Source: an uncultured delta proteobacterium (GTDB lineage: Bacteria > Desulfobacterota > Binatia > UBA9968). From it: a stretch of 64,000 nucleotides of DNA. The position numbers and the translations under genes were made by a program. The stretch is from contig CAWFJP010000029.1 in the NCBI GenBank assembly GCA_963816145.1, positions 160,001 to 224,000 on the forward strand. The letters run 5' to 3'. How positions within the stretch are numbered: position 1 is the stretch's first letter; every line of letters begins with the position of its first letter. The notes beneath the pieces are model-generated. The model worked only from the letters and a program-made list of their open reading frames with translations. It ran no database searches and was not told the origin of the DNA. Below, piece after piece: positions 1 through 9,730 of the stretch.

Positions 1-1
1 C

Positions 2-388
2 GCGGCGGGCTTTCGCGCCAAGCTCGCCACTCCGGATTGGGCGACGCTGTGGGCCAACGTGCAAGTCGGCAAGGTGCCGTTCTATTACATGGGCCGCGGC
101 GGTGTCGTCGATCCCAGTGCGGCGCTATCGCAATACTTCGAAACCGGCGGGTCGCCGCGCATCGGTTACTCGAATCCCAAGGTCGATGAATTACTCAAAC
201 AAGAGCGGCAAACATTCGACCCGGCCAAACGCAAGAAAGCCTTGGCCGAGGCGATGAGCCTGATCACCGAAGAAGCGCCGGCGCATTTTCTCTGGCGCCA
301 CCAGTTGCTTTTCGGCATGGCAAAAAACGTCGACTACCGGCCGCTGCCGAGCGAGCGCATCTTTGGCTGGAATATGAAGGTGAAGTGA
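2..388 (+). CDS. ABC transporter substrate-binding protein, family 5 (DppA/OppA-like), 5'-truncated by the window edge
   Basis: Frame is open from the window start; the C-terminal YSNPKVDELL...DPAKRK...EEAP pattern is typical of SBP_bac_5. Confidence 0.8.
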   Translation, partial: AAGFRAKLATPDWATLWANVQVGKVPFYYMGRGGVVDPSAALSQYFETGGSPRIGYSNPKVDELLKQERQTFDPAKRKKALAEAMSLITEEAPAHFLWRHQLLFGMAKNVDYRPLPSERIFGWNMKVK

Positions 389-401
389 GAGTGGAAGGAT
401 C

Positions 402-513
402 GGAGTGATGGAGTGTTGGAGTGGTGGAGTGTTGGGTAGGACGAGGATCGCGGATGGATGATCGCCGCTTCTAATCCGGAATTTCCCATTACTCCAACAC
501 TCCAGTACTCCAA
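402..513. repeat. Tandem-inverted repeat, GGAGTRNT-type units
   Basis: ggagtgatggagtgttggagtggtggagtgttgg ... ccattactccaacactccagtactcca; same family at 30550-30621. Confidence 0.8.
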
Positions 514-576
514 TTTGCTCGTCGGCAATCGCGGGCGGCTAAGCAATCATTCTCGCAATAATAAGGAACTCAAGAC

Positions 577-1215
577 ATGTCATTGTTGACGAGTCAGGTT
601 GTGCCGAAGAATTCCGGCGCGGCGTTCGAGCTATTGAAAGGGCAGCGCATCCGCATCGCGGGGCGCAGTATCGTCGACTTTGTCGCGTTTAACTTGCGCG
701 ATCTGACCGAGCGTTTCGACCAGGCGCGGACCAAGACCAATCAGGTGACGATCTTCATCAGCACCGGCGACGTGCTTTATTCGAAAAGAAACAATCCGAT
801 GATGACCATCGTCGAGGACACCTTCACCGAAGGGCGCCATGACTTGCAGAAGGGTATGTGCAGCCGCAAGCGCTTCGAGATGGTGGCCCAGGGACAGTCG
901 AAACGGGTGTTTGCCGAAGGCGTCGATATCAATCCCAAGAAGGCCGAGGAGATTCCCACCCATGGCTGTTGGGAGAACTTGAGCACCGCGGTGCAGCCGT
1001 GGAACATCGCGCCCGATGACGTGCCGAGCCCGTTCAATATTTTTCAGTGCATGCGCATCGATCCGGACAGCGGAGTGATGTACGACACGATGATCCGGCC
1101 GAAAGATGAAGCCCATGTCGACTTTCGCGCCGAGATGGATCTGCTGGTCGCGGCCAGCGCTTGTCCGGAGTCGGGAAGAGGGCAAGCGATCAGGGTGGAA
1201 ATTCACGACCGGTAA
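577..1215 (+). CDS. Urea carboxylase-associated family protein (DUF1989)
   Basis: Motifs VDFVAFN, HDL..GMC, GCWENL, PSPFNIF, RAEMDLLVAASACP; RBS aaggaa. Confidence 0.85.
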   Translation: MSLLTSQVVPKNSGAAFELLKGQRIRIAGRSIVDFVAFNLRDLTERFDQARTKTNQVTIFISTGDVLYSKRNNPMMTIVEDTFTEGRHDLQKGMCSRKRFEMVAQGQSKRVFAEGVDINPKKAEEIPTHGCWENLSTAVQPWNIAPDDVPSPFNIFQCMRIDPDSGVMYDTMIRPKDEAHVDFRAEMDLLVAASACPESGRGQAIRVEIHDR

Positions 1216-1261
1216 TCGGAATTTTAACCGCAGAGAACGCAAAGCGCGCAAAGGGAGATAC

Positions 1262-1340
1262 TCACCACGAAGACACGAAGATCACGAAGGTAAGAAAAAA
1301 ATAAATTCCCAACTTCGTGTCCTTCGTGCCTTCGTGGTGA
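1262..1340. repeat. Tandem-inverted repeat, CACGAAG family
   Basis: tcaccacgaagacacgaagatcacgaag ... cttcgtgtccttcgtgccttcgtggtga. Confidence 0.9.
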
Positions 1341-1375
1341 ACCAGAATTCCCGGTTAATAGGCTGAAAAAACAAA

Positions 1376-2548
1376 ATGGCAGGTACATCATTTACTTTTA
1401 ACAATCCGCATGTCGAGCGGGTGATTTCGGGGCAGGGCTCATTGGGCAGGTTGGCTGAGGAAGTCGAGCGGCTCGGCGGCACGCGGGCGCTGCTGTTGAT
1501 CTCGCCGTCGGTGGCGAAGACTTTTCTCCTGGACAAAATCAAAACCGGGCTCGGCGGCAAATGCGCTGCGGTGTTCGATCAAGTAAAGCCGCACTCGCCG
1601 ACGGAGTCGATCGAGAAAGCGGTCGAGCTGGCGCGGGATTCAAAAATCGACATTCTGGTCAGCGTCGGCGGCGGCAGCGCTATCGATACCGGCAAGGGCG
1701 TGGCGGCGCTGTTGGCCGAGGGCGGCGCGCTGCCGCGTTTCGGCGTGCGCTTCACGCCGCCGAATAAAAAAGAGGTGCCGCCCATGCCGGCGCCGAAGAT
1801 TCCCCATATCGCGATCCCGACCACGCTGTCGGGCGGCGAGTACAGTTACTCCGCCGGCATCACCGAAGGTGGCAAGAAATTCATTGTCGCCGATCCCAAG
1901 CTGGCGCCGAAAACGGTGCTACTCGATCCAGAAGCGGCGGCGACGGCGCCCGGCCGTCTGCTCGCGGCGTCGGGGATGAATTCGCTGGCGCACTGCGTCG
2001 AAGCGGTCTATTCCACCGAGACCCAGCCGCTGACGGAAGCCTATTGCCTTGCCGGCATCGGCTTGATCGCGCGCTACCTGCCGCGGGCGGTGGCGGATTC
2101 CACTGATCTCGAAGCGCTCAGTCATGTCCAAGTGGCGGCCTGTTTGTCGGGCATGGGTGTTTACAGCGCCTGGACCGGTATCCATCACGCCATCGTCCAT
2201 GTCATCGGCGGCCGCTACAAAGCGCCGCACGCGGAAATCCACGCATTGATGCTGCCCCACGGCATGCGCTGGAACTTGGATGCGGTCGAGCGCCATTACC
2301 TGCGCATGGCGCGGGAGATCGGCATCGAAGCGGCGAACGAAAAAGAGTTGGCCGCTGCCGTGCCGGAATACGTTTACGGCATGAATCAGAAAATGGGCCT
2401 GCCGCTCAAACTGCGCGACCTCGGCGTGCCGCGCGACGGTTTGAAGCAGTTGTCGGTGGATACTTTGGGCGATTACAGCATTCATACCAATCCCAAGCCG
2501 GTGCGCAGCGCCGAGCAGGTGCTGGAGGTGTTGGAAGCGGCATGGTGA
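1376..2548 (+). CDS. Iron-containing alcohol dehydrogenase family (maleylacetate reductase-like)
   Basis: GGGSAID, IPTTLSGGE, LAHCVE, HHAIVH..GG, PHA motifs. Confidence 0.9.
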   Translation: MAGTSFTFNNPHVERVISGQGSLGRLAEEVERLGGTRALLLISPSVAKTFLLDKIKTGLGGKCAAVFDQVKPHSPTESIEKAVELARDSKIDILVSVGGGSAIDTGKGVAALLAEGGALPRFGVRFTPPNKKEVPPMPAPKIPHIAIPTTLSGGEYSYSAGITEGGKKFIVADPKLAPKTVLLDPEAAATAPGRLLAASGMNSLAHCVEAVYSTETQPLTEAYCLAGIGLIARYLPRAVADSTDLEALSHVQVAACLSGMGVYSAWTGIHHAIVHVIGGRYKAPHAEIHALMLPHGMRWNLDAVERHYLRMAREIGIEAANEKELAAAVPEYVYGMNQKMGLPLKLRDLGVPRDGLKQLSVDTLGDYSIHTNPKPVRSAEQVLEVLEAAW

Positions 2549-2626
2549 AGTGAATAGATTTGTTTTCTATCTCCCGCAAAGGCGCAAAGACGCAAAGTTT
2601 AGGGAATTGAATTCCGATTCATAACG

Positions 2627-2649
2627 GTAGGGGCGACCGGCGGTCGCCC
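2627..2649 (+). repeat. GTAG-type REP hairpin
   Basis: gtaggggcgaccggcggtcgccc. Confidence 0.7.
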
Positions 2650-2662
2650 GTCCGCCTCTCAC

Positions 2663-3857
2663 ATGACTCCTGAAGACGCGATCAAGATCGTAAATCAATT
2701 CGCTAACGATGATGAGATCGACAGGTTGCTTGTCGACCTTCTCCGCGCGCCGTCGCCGCACACGGAACTTCAGGAAGCCGATCCTAATCTGAAACAATTC
2801 GTTGCTGGTTTAGTTGCACCGCGCCTGAAAATGTTAGCCGGACGCGCGGGATCGATCGACGGCATGGGTAATTTGATTTGGCAGTATGGTGCAAATACCG
2901 GCGAACCGGGCTTGCTGTTGATGGGCTATGCGATGACGTTTCCGGCGGGCGGCATGAAAGAGCCGTTTTCGGGCGCGATCGTCGATGGCGCGCCGTTCGG
3001 TATTGCTGGCAATTGCGCGACGGGCCGTGGCGCCTGTGAGCAAAAGGGCGCGTTGGCGGCGATGATGTACGCGGCGGCGATTGTCGCGCGTGCGCAAGTG
3101 AAGCTGCGCGCGCCGCTGATTCTTGCGGTGAGCGTGGCGGGAGAGACGGGCCGTCACGATGCAGCTCAGTTCATACTTGATCAAAATTCGATTCACGCGA
3201 AGGCCGGCATCGTCGGCTTGGGAACGACCAACCGCATCTGCCTCGGCAATAAAGGGCGGATCGATATTGAAGTTACCGTGCGCGGCAAGTCGGCCCATAG
3301 CAGCATGCCATGGGAAGGCATCAACGCCGTCGACGGCGCGCGCAAAGTATTGGAGCGCCTCGATCGCCTTGATCTCGGTAACGAACACCCCGGCCTCGGC
3401 AAGGCCACGCTGACGGTGACGCAGATCAAAAGCGCGCCGGAGATCGGTCACACGGTGCCGGATAGCTGCCGGATCATTCTCGACCGAAGGCTGCTGCCCG
3501 GTGACGACCCGGAGAGGGTGTTGCGTGATATTCAAGGTGCCGTGATCGATATGCCGCCGTGGTCGGTCGAAGTCACACGCGGCGCGTTTATGTATCCGTC
3601 CGAAGTTGGTGCCGATTGTACCGTTGCATCAGCGGTGCGCGGAGTTAGTCGCGCATTGAAACGGACGAGACGCCGAAGTCTTCTATTCGCCTGCGGCTTT
3701 AGATGCTGGCTATCTCAATCAGCGCGGTATTGAGACCATCATGCTCGGTCCGGGAGATCTGCGCTTCGCCCACACCGATCAGGAAGTTGTGTCGCTGCAG
3801 GAGGTTCGCGACGCGGCGCGGATTTACGCTGCGACGGCGTTGGAGTTGCTGGGTTAA
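2663..3857 (+). CDS. M20/ArgE-DapE family metallopeptidase/deacylase, with a one-base insertion frameshift at ~3660
   Basis: GRGACEQKG, VRGKSAHSSMP, DRRLLPG; removing one A in ttgAAAc restores ...DAGYLNQRGIETIMLGPGDLRFAHTDQE...ELLG* (TAA 3855-3857). Confidence 0.8.
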
Positions 3858-3971
3858 TTGAAAAGGAACGCAAACAGCAGGCTGATTATGGATAAAGAAG
3901 ATTGAATCGACGAAATGTGGGGGAATCCGGGCTCGAGTTGGACTGACAGACCAGTCTCCTTAGCATGCAAC

Positions 3972-4058
3972 GGCTAACGACCGCGGTCAGCACTGCGGCC
4001 GGCGCGCTGTCAGCCACTGGAAGAGCTGATGCCGGCGCGTCTGTGAGCGGCGTTCGTC
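3972..4058 (-). mobile_element. Degenerate attC-like site
   Basis: Minus strand GACGAAC...GCCGGC-ATCAGC-loop-GCTGA...GCCGGC...GCTGACCGCGGTCGTTAGCC; right half resembles attC L'/R', left half is decayed. Confidence 0.4.
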
Positions 4059-4963
4059 CTAGAATTCTTGAAGCCCGAAACTACGCTGAACTTCTCACGC
4101 TAGCGGAAGTCCGGATCAGTTCGGGCGGCAGATTCCAGTCGGCTGTCCGCGATCCCGCTCGGGCAGGTGTATGGCGGCGATCCCCTCCTGATGCGTGCCC
4201 ACCAGGATGGCCGCTTCAGGGGAACGACCCGATTGCTGAAACCTGGCCCCCATTGACGTAGCACATAGTATCGGGTTCGATCAGCAGTCCAAGCCCGTAT
4301 CTGGCCAAACCGACCTGGGCTACCCGACCGGAGTCCACGAGCCGACTGCGAGCTCTGGATAAACCCAAAGGAAGCCCCCTCATGAACTTGGAAGGTAGCA
4401 GCGTCGGCCCTGTTACGAATTGGAACTCGCGGCGGTCATATCATGGCGACGCACGACAGTGAGCATCTTCGAAATGGCGACGGATAGGTGCCCGATGACG
4501 ACCGTCAGGTCGAACCTAGTGCGACGGAGGGATCATACGCCGACGATCGTGGCAGGTATGGCCGTCCCACGACCGAAGTCAGCCATCGCGTGGTGGCCGG
4601 CAGATAGGGGATCCGAGCATGCCGTGGCCTTGGCCACTCTGGCGGACTGAAAGGGACCTGCAAAGCGCACCATAACTCCGCACGCTGGGGACCTCGACTC
4701 ACGGCTCCGAATTCAGTCGCTCTCCGGGCAGCACGCCCCTCCAAGGCGATTCGTCCGCAACGCGTGTCAGCCAGCAGACCGTTGTGGCCTACTGCCGCCT
4801 AACTACTAATCTACAGATCGGCCTTTGTGGATATTAATATCTGCAAAGGCCGCCTGCAAAGTTAAAGCCATCACGTCGCTGATTTTGAGCCCCGTGGCTT
4901 CTCGATTGTAAAATTTTCTGCGACGTAGGTGCTTTTGTTGGCGCACACAGATGTCCTTTAATA

Positions 4964-5023
4964 GTTGGGGGCAGCTGCCTGTGGTTTCCCTCCGTAAAGG
5001 GCAGACACGGGGGTTGCCCCTAC
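4964..5023. repeat. GTAG-type REP doublet (one copy degenerate)
   Basis: gggcagacacgggggttgcccctac plus an inverted degenerate partner. Confidence 0.6.
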
Positions 5024-5045
5024 AAAGGTTCACGTCGATCCGCGT

Positions 5046-5868
5046 TTACGCCGAGATTTCAAACGTCAGCAACTGCCGCGCCGCCTTGTGATACGCCTCC
5101 GCTACCGCCGCTTCTGTCTTTTCCGCTGGCGGGGCGACGATGCGGGCGCGGGCGGAGACTTTTAGCGGGCTGATGTCCCAGGGGTAGGGATCGAAGATCA
5201 CCGAGCCGGGGCCGTTGGGTTTGATCGTCAGCGTCACGGTTTCGTTGCTGTCGTAGGAGACGCGCACCGGGGCGATTTTGTATTCCTTGAATTCATTTTC
5301 GTTGGCGTAGCCGTCGCAGCAAAAATACAGCGACAGCAAATCGAAAATTTGCAGCGCCATGTAGTTGTAGGCGAGTTCGTTTTCGAATCCCGGTTCCAAT
5401 TCCATCAGTTTGCGCTTGATCTCGGCTTGCTGGCTCTCCAGTTTGATTTTGGCGTCCTTGACCGGTGCGCTGCGCTCGCGCAGACGGCCGGCGGGCTCGG
5501 TGAAAATATTATAACGGTTGTGCCACAGGCCGGTGCGGTGCATGGAGACGAGCAGTCCGGCGTAGGGATCTTGCGAGGTCACCCATTCGGCGTTCTTGCG
5601 TGTAGGCTTTGAGTTCCGTCGCTTCGAAATTCGGCACGTCTTCGCGGTGCGCGTAGGGGCGGCCCTTGGCGACGTTCATCGGCGGGTTGCCTTCGAACTC
5701 GCGGTAGCCGCTGTCGTGCAGCGTCGTGGCTAACATCATGGTTTGGTAGGGACGCAGTTTCGAGAAACGGGCGTTGCCCCAATGGGCGGCGAATTGCGCC
5801 GCTAACTCGGCGTGATCTTCTTGCGAGCTGACATAGGACCGGCCGTCTTTCATTTCTCTGATAACCAT
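5046..5868 (-). CDS. DUF3891 family protein, frameshifted at ~5598
   Basis: N-part QEDHAELAAQFAAHWGN...HDSG (5509-5868 ORF) joins C-part DPYAGLLVSMH...DLLSLYFC...PYP (5046-5582 ORF) if one base is removed; RBS aggagg. Confidence 0.75.
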
Positions 5869-6135
5869 GGGTTCCTCCTGTTTGGTTTTGTAGCGTTGTA
5901 GTAGCGCCTTCTGTGGATTCCTACTGCGCCGGGGGTATGACCGTCGATTGTCGATGCGCCCATCGTATACCTCGCGGTTGGGACGTTGTTGCGTTGTAAC
6001 CCGTTAGTGCGATCCAATGTGCTTGTCCCTTAGGCGGGCAGAGACATAGGCCTGCCTTATCTTAGATCGTTCGGTGCATGTTACCGATTGTCAGTTCCGC
6101 CGCCAATTTTGTCAGCCACTGGAGCTAAATCGTCA

Positions 6136-6474
6136 TTACTCTTGCTCGCGCAAGAAGGCAAGGTGGCTACGGATAATTTCAATAACGTCGGCGCCGGCTT
6201 CCTCCTCAGAGATCAAGCCGCGGTGGATAGCGTGCGCGACCGCGAATTCGAGATTCGAGTGGTCATACTTCGAGAAGAGCGATCGAGCCGGGCCTTGATG
6301 AAAGCGATGGATGCGTTCCGTAAGGTCGTGGGCATCGATCTCGCCTGCGCGCCATCGGCCAAAATCCTCTTCGACTTTCGACAGCTCCGCGGCAAGATCG
6401 CGCTCGTAAGCCATGGCGCCGAGTTCTCGGAGTCTACGACGCTGAGCTTTTGTGATTTGGCGGCTCGTTTCCAT
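6136..6474 (-). CDS. Hypothetical protein (cassette-like)
   Basis: Protein-like ORF METSRQITKAQRRRLRELG...; starts just after an attC-like site. Confidence 0.65.
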   Translation of the reverse strand: METSRQITKAQRRRLRELGAMAYERDLAAELSKVEEDFGRWRAGEIDAHDLTERIHRFHQGPARSLFSKYDHSNLEFAVAHAIHRGLISEEEAGADVIEIIRSHLAFLREQE

Positions 6475-6495
6475 CTGCTCTGCTCTACTTTGTCC

Positions 6496-6553
6496 GTTCA
6501 ACAATGGCGGTCAGCGGCGTGTGCGGTGCTTCGGCTGGGGTGCTTGGTTAGAT
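6496..6553 (-). mobile_element. attC-like recombination site (58 bp)
   Basis: Minus strand ATCTAAC-CAAGC-ACCCCAGC...GCTGACC-GCCATT-GTTGAAC fits RYYYAAC...GTTRRRY with canonical spacing; L-box pairing is imperfect. Confidence 0.55.
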
Positions 6554-6831
6554 CGACGGGCGATGCCGTAGGGAGCGAGTTCTTCTCTGACCGCTTGGCG
6601 CACGATGTCGAGAGTCGAGCGGCGATGAACATATTCAAGCAAGGCGTCATTAATGAGGGTCTGATAGTTCCCCCCCCCCGCCGCCTCTACGAGACTCCGA
6701 AAGTATTCCAGGACGAGGTTGTCCAACCGGATGGAGATCTTCGTCTTTCCCGGCTCAGGCTTGACGATGGCACCGCGCTTTGCACGCGAGAAGTCGATAT
6801 CGCGGTACTTTTCAGCGACGACCTTTTTCAT
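6511..6831 (-). CDS. BrnA family antitoxin
   Basis: DFSRAKRG...KTKISIRLD..VLEYFR....GNYQTLINDAL; ATG overlaps the toxin 3' end. Confidence 0.85.
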   Translation of the reverse strand: MKKVVAEKYRDIDFSRAKRGAIVKPEPGKTKISIRLDNLVLEYFRSLVEAAGGGNYQTLINDALLEYVHRRSTLDIVRQAVREELAPYGIARRSNQAPQPKHRTRR

Positions 6832-7090
6832 AAAGCATCCTTTGTCGTTTGTTCGCCTTCCAAGCAGAAATGATTCGGATGATATCTGGTTCACGGTACG
6901 AATAGACCACTACACGCAAATTTCCAAGGTTGCTGAGGCCAAGAGTCACAAAGCGTGGTTCTGCCACCCCATCAGGGTCTTCACGGGTCAGGGCGAAGTG
7001 GTCGAAGTGGCGCACTTCGCCTCGGGCGGCGGTTGGGTCTGTTTCGGCGCCTGCCATCTTAGCGACCTCGAAACTAATGGTTATTGCCAA
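6812..7090 (-). CDS. BrnT family toxin (DUF497), N-terminus atypical or possibly damaged
   Basis: EPRFVTLG...VVVYSYRE..IRIISAWKANKRQRMLYE; lacks the usual N-terminal WD..K...N..KHG segment. Confidence 0.65.
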   Translation of the reverse strand: MAITISFEVAKMAGAETDPTAARGEVRHFDHFALTREDPDGVAEPRFVTLGLSNLGNLRVVVYSYREPDIIRIISAWKANKRQRMLYEKGRR

Positions 7091-7138
7091 TAAGCCGAGC
7101 GGGCAGAAATCGGTCGATACCAACGTGATTTGTCTTGC

Positions 7139-7224
7139 CGTCATTCCGGCGTAGGCCGGAATCCAGGTTCTCTTTGATCCTACAACAATAGCCAAGATGG
7201 ATGCCGGCCTCCGCCGGCATGACG
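7139..7224. repeat. CGTC-type REP doublet
   Basis: cgtcattccggcgtaggccggaatcca ... tggatgccggcctccgccggcatgacg. Confidence 0.85.
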
Positions 7225-7320
7225 GATTCCACGCTTGACGGCAACCGAGGGATTACGACTATCCCCAAGTGTGACATTACTCGGACCATGCCATAGTCGA
7301 TCGAACTTTTACAAATTCCT

Positions 7321-8373
7321 TTACAGCGGTACGGGAACTTCCTTGATTCCTAATTCCGCCGCCAGCTGTGTGAGGTTGCTCCAAGTGGATGCCTCGATGT
7401 CGACGCCTTCCTGCTTATTCTTCGCTTCTCGCCGTCGGCCGGATTCTCCTGGCAAGAGAATCTCGCTGAAGCCCGGCGCGCATTTCGTTGATTTAATAAA
7501 GGCGATGAGCTCGTCAACTTTATCGTAGAAAGTCTCTAAATCTTGAAATTCTTCGACGGCGATGGCCTGGAGAAAAAGTCCATTGACGCCATGGCCGCGG
7601 TTGTCCCAATAGAGCCGCCCCATGCCGTTGCCGGACAGCAGGCCGCCGAGGATTTCGGTCATCAACGCGATGCCTGAACCCTTGTGGCCGCCGAAGGCGG
7701 TGAAGACACCGCGCGGCGGGCCGCGGAAAGTTTTGAAATCGGTGGTCGGGTTGCCATGGCCGTCGAGCATGACGCCCTCGGGGATTTTTTCTTTGTTGCG
7801 CACGCGCTTTTGGATTTCACCCATGCTCATGGACGCGGTGGCGAAGTCCAGAATGATCTGCTTGCCGCCTCGCGCCGGAATGCCGAAGGCCATCGGGTTG
7901 GTGCCGGTGATCGGCGCCATGGCGCCGTAGAGCGCAGTCACCGCCGAGCCGACGCTGGCGGCGGCCATGCCGATCATGCCCTGGTCGGCGGCCATCTCCA
8001 TGTAGTCGGCGAGCCGCCCGGTGTGGCCGGCGCGGCGCAGGCAGACGATGCCGGCGCCATGTTCTTTGGCTTTCTTGATCGCCAGCTCCATGGCGAAGTG
8101 AGCCGCGACTTGGCCGATGTAATGCTTGCCGTCGACCACCGCGGTGATCTTGCCTTCGCGCTCGACGGCCGGCTTGTCTTTGATCTGATAGGTGCCGTCT
8201 TTGATCCAGTTGAGATAGGGATTGACGCGTATCACGCCATGGCCGGGGTAGCCGCGCAGCTCAGCGCGGACCAGCAGTCGCGCGACCAGATCGGCGTCGT
8301 CGCGTGCCATGCCGCCGGTTGAAAGAAGTTGGTTACAAAATTTGAGTAATTGTTGGTGATCGATTTTGGGCAC
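7321..8373 (-). CDS. Ldh_2 family (malate/L-lactate/ureidoglycolate dehydrogenase-like) oxidoreductase
   Basis: GYPGHG, GHTGRL, GTNPMAFG, LDFATA, GGHKGSG, LLPGE; GTG start with agtagga RBS. Confidence 0.9.
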   Translation of the reverse strand: MPKIDHQQLLKFCNQLLSTGGMARDDADLVARLLVRAELRGYPGHGVIRVNPYLNWIKDGTYQIKDKPAVEREGKITAVVDGKHYIGQVAAHFAMELAIKKAKEHGAGIVCLRRAGHTGRLADYMEMAADQGMIGMAAASVGSAVTALYGAMAPITGTNPMAFGIPARGGKQIILDFATASMSMGEIQKRVRNKEKIPEGVMLDGHGNPTTDFKTFRGPPRGVFTAFGGHKGSGIALMTEILGGLLSGNGMGRLYWDNRGHGVNGLFLQAIAVEEFQDLETFYDKVDELIAFIKSTKCAPGFSEILLPGESGRRREAKNKQEGVDIEASTWSNLTQLAAELGIKEVPVPL

Positions 8374-8406
8374 GGGTGCTTCCTACTCTGAAGAAAATGC
8401 GTTTTC

Positions 8407-8486
8407 TCACCACGAAGGCACGAAGGACACGAAGGTTCGGAGCTTATTTTTCTTAAACTTCGTGCTCTTCGTGTCCTTCGTGGTGA
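8407..8486. repeat. Tandem-inverted repeat, CACGAAG family
   Basis: Three CACGAAG units, spacer, three CTTCGTG units. Confidence 0.9.
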
Positions 8487-8509
8487 AACTAATCTTCGCT
8501 TTCTTGCTC

Positions 8510-9382
8510 CTACTTCCCAACCGGGAAATATTTGTCCAGCCATTCTTTCACGATGTTGGTTAGGCGCGGGTTTTCTTCGTTGAAGGTGAAGTGATCGACA
8601 TCGGACAACAGGTGCAGTTCCGCCGGTTGCCGGGCTTTCTTGAACATTTCAATCGATTCGTAGGTCGGCGTCACCGAGTCGTTGGCGCTGTGCAGGAGCA
8701 GCAGCGGGCGCGGCGAAATGTTGCCGACTTGATCGTCGGCACGAAAGTCGTTCATGCTTTGCGCGGTTTCGGCGGGAAACTCCATGATCGAGCCATGGCT
8801 CATGCGGTTTCTTAATTTTTCCGGAATCGGCACGATATCGTAGCGCGGCACCATTAAAGATTTGCCGGTTTGCTCGCGATGGCGCTTGCCCTCTTCGAGC
8901 ATGGCGGTGAACTTCGCCCACTTTTCCAGGCCGGGGTGCTGGCCGCGGAATTTTCTTTCGCCGTCGCCCCAACCGCCGCAGGAGATTACCGCGGCGACGC
9001 GCGAGTCGGCGCCGCCGGTGAAGACCGCCACCGCGGCGCCGAAGCTGCTGCCGATGAGCGCGATGCGATTCGGATCGACCTCGGGCCTCGTGGCCAGGTA
9101 AGAGATGGCATTGCGCGTGTCGGCAACTTGATCTAGACAGATGATCCGGCCGCGCTCGCCTTCGCTGTCGCCGCAGCCGCGGAAGTCGACGCGCAGCGAA
9201 ACATAACCCCATCTGGCCATCTGCTTGCCGACCACCTTTTGGCCCTGGCCGTCTTTGTTACCGCCAAAGCCATGCAACATGATAAACGCGGGCCGGCGCT
9301 CGCCGGCTTTGTAGTCTTCGGGAATATCGACGAGGCCGGCAAGTTTAAGGCCGTCGGATTGAAAACTGATTTTCTCTTCCAT
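8510..9382 (-). CDS. Alpha/beta hydrolase
   Basis: HGFGG, DFRGCGDSEG, GSSFG nucleophile elbow, D..V, DH. Confidence 0.9.
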   Translation of the reverse strand: MEEKISFQSDGLKLAGLVDIPEDYKAGERRPAFIMLHGFGGNKDGQGQKVVGKQMARWGYVSLRVDFRGCGDSEGERGRIICLDQVADTRNAISYLATRPEVDPNRIALIGSSFGAAVAVFTGGADSRVAAVISCGGWGDGERKFRGQHPGLEKWAKFTAMLEEGKRHREQTGKSLMVPRYDIVPIPEKLRNRMSHGSIMEFPAETAQSMNDFRADDQVGNISPRPLLLLHSANDSVTPTYESIEMFKKARQPAELHLLSDVDHFTFNEENPRLTNIVKEWLDKYFPVGK

Positions 9383-9438
9383 CTTGGTTGCCTCCTAAAT
9401 TGTCTGACCAAAATTCTTTTTATCACGAAAACACTAAG

Positions 9439-9638
9439 TGCCCATGAGCTTACGCTCGTCTACAGGATATGAAATTGCATGGAACCCCCTGCACATGGTT
9501 CTTGCCTTGTCTCGTCATGCCGGCGAAGGTCGGGATCCAAGGGAGGAAGGGGGATGGATACCGGCTTTCGCCGGTATGACGGAAGCCTTGTGCCGATTCG
9601 TGGTTCAGCGCGTAGCTGCATACGTAATTTCAAATGAG
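9439..9638. mobile_element. ~200-bp non-autonomous element (copy A) carrying a CGTC-REP doublet, inserted in a CACGAA repeat
   Basis: Colinear homology with 22441-22641; CATGAGCTTACGCTCGTCTACAG left end, AATGAG right end. Confidence 0.75.
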
Positions 9639-9730
9639 CGCACACGAAAAATTATCTCCACGTTTCGTGTCTTTCGTGGTTGCATCTTTCCTCTCGTGGC
9701 GTGGCTGACACGGGTGCAGCATGCTGTTCC

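Noticed and set aside
3655-3665. Programmed ribosomal frameshift in the M20 gene
   Set aside because: No slippery heptamer or stimulatory structure; similar isolated indels elsewhere point to sequencing error.
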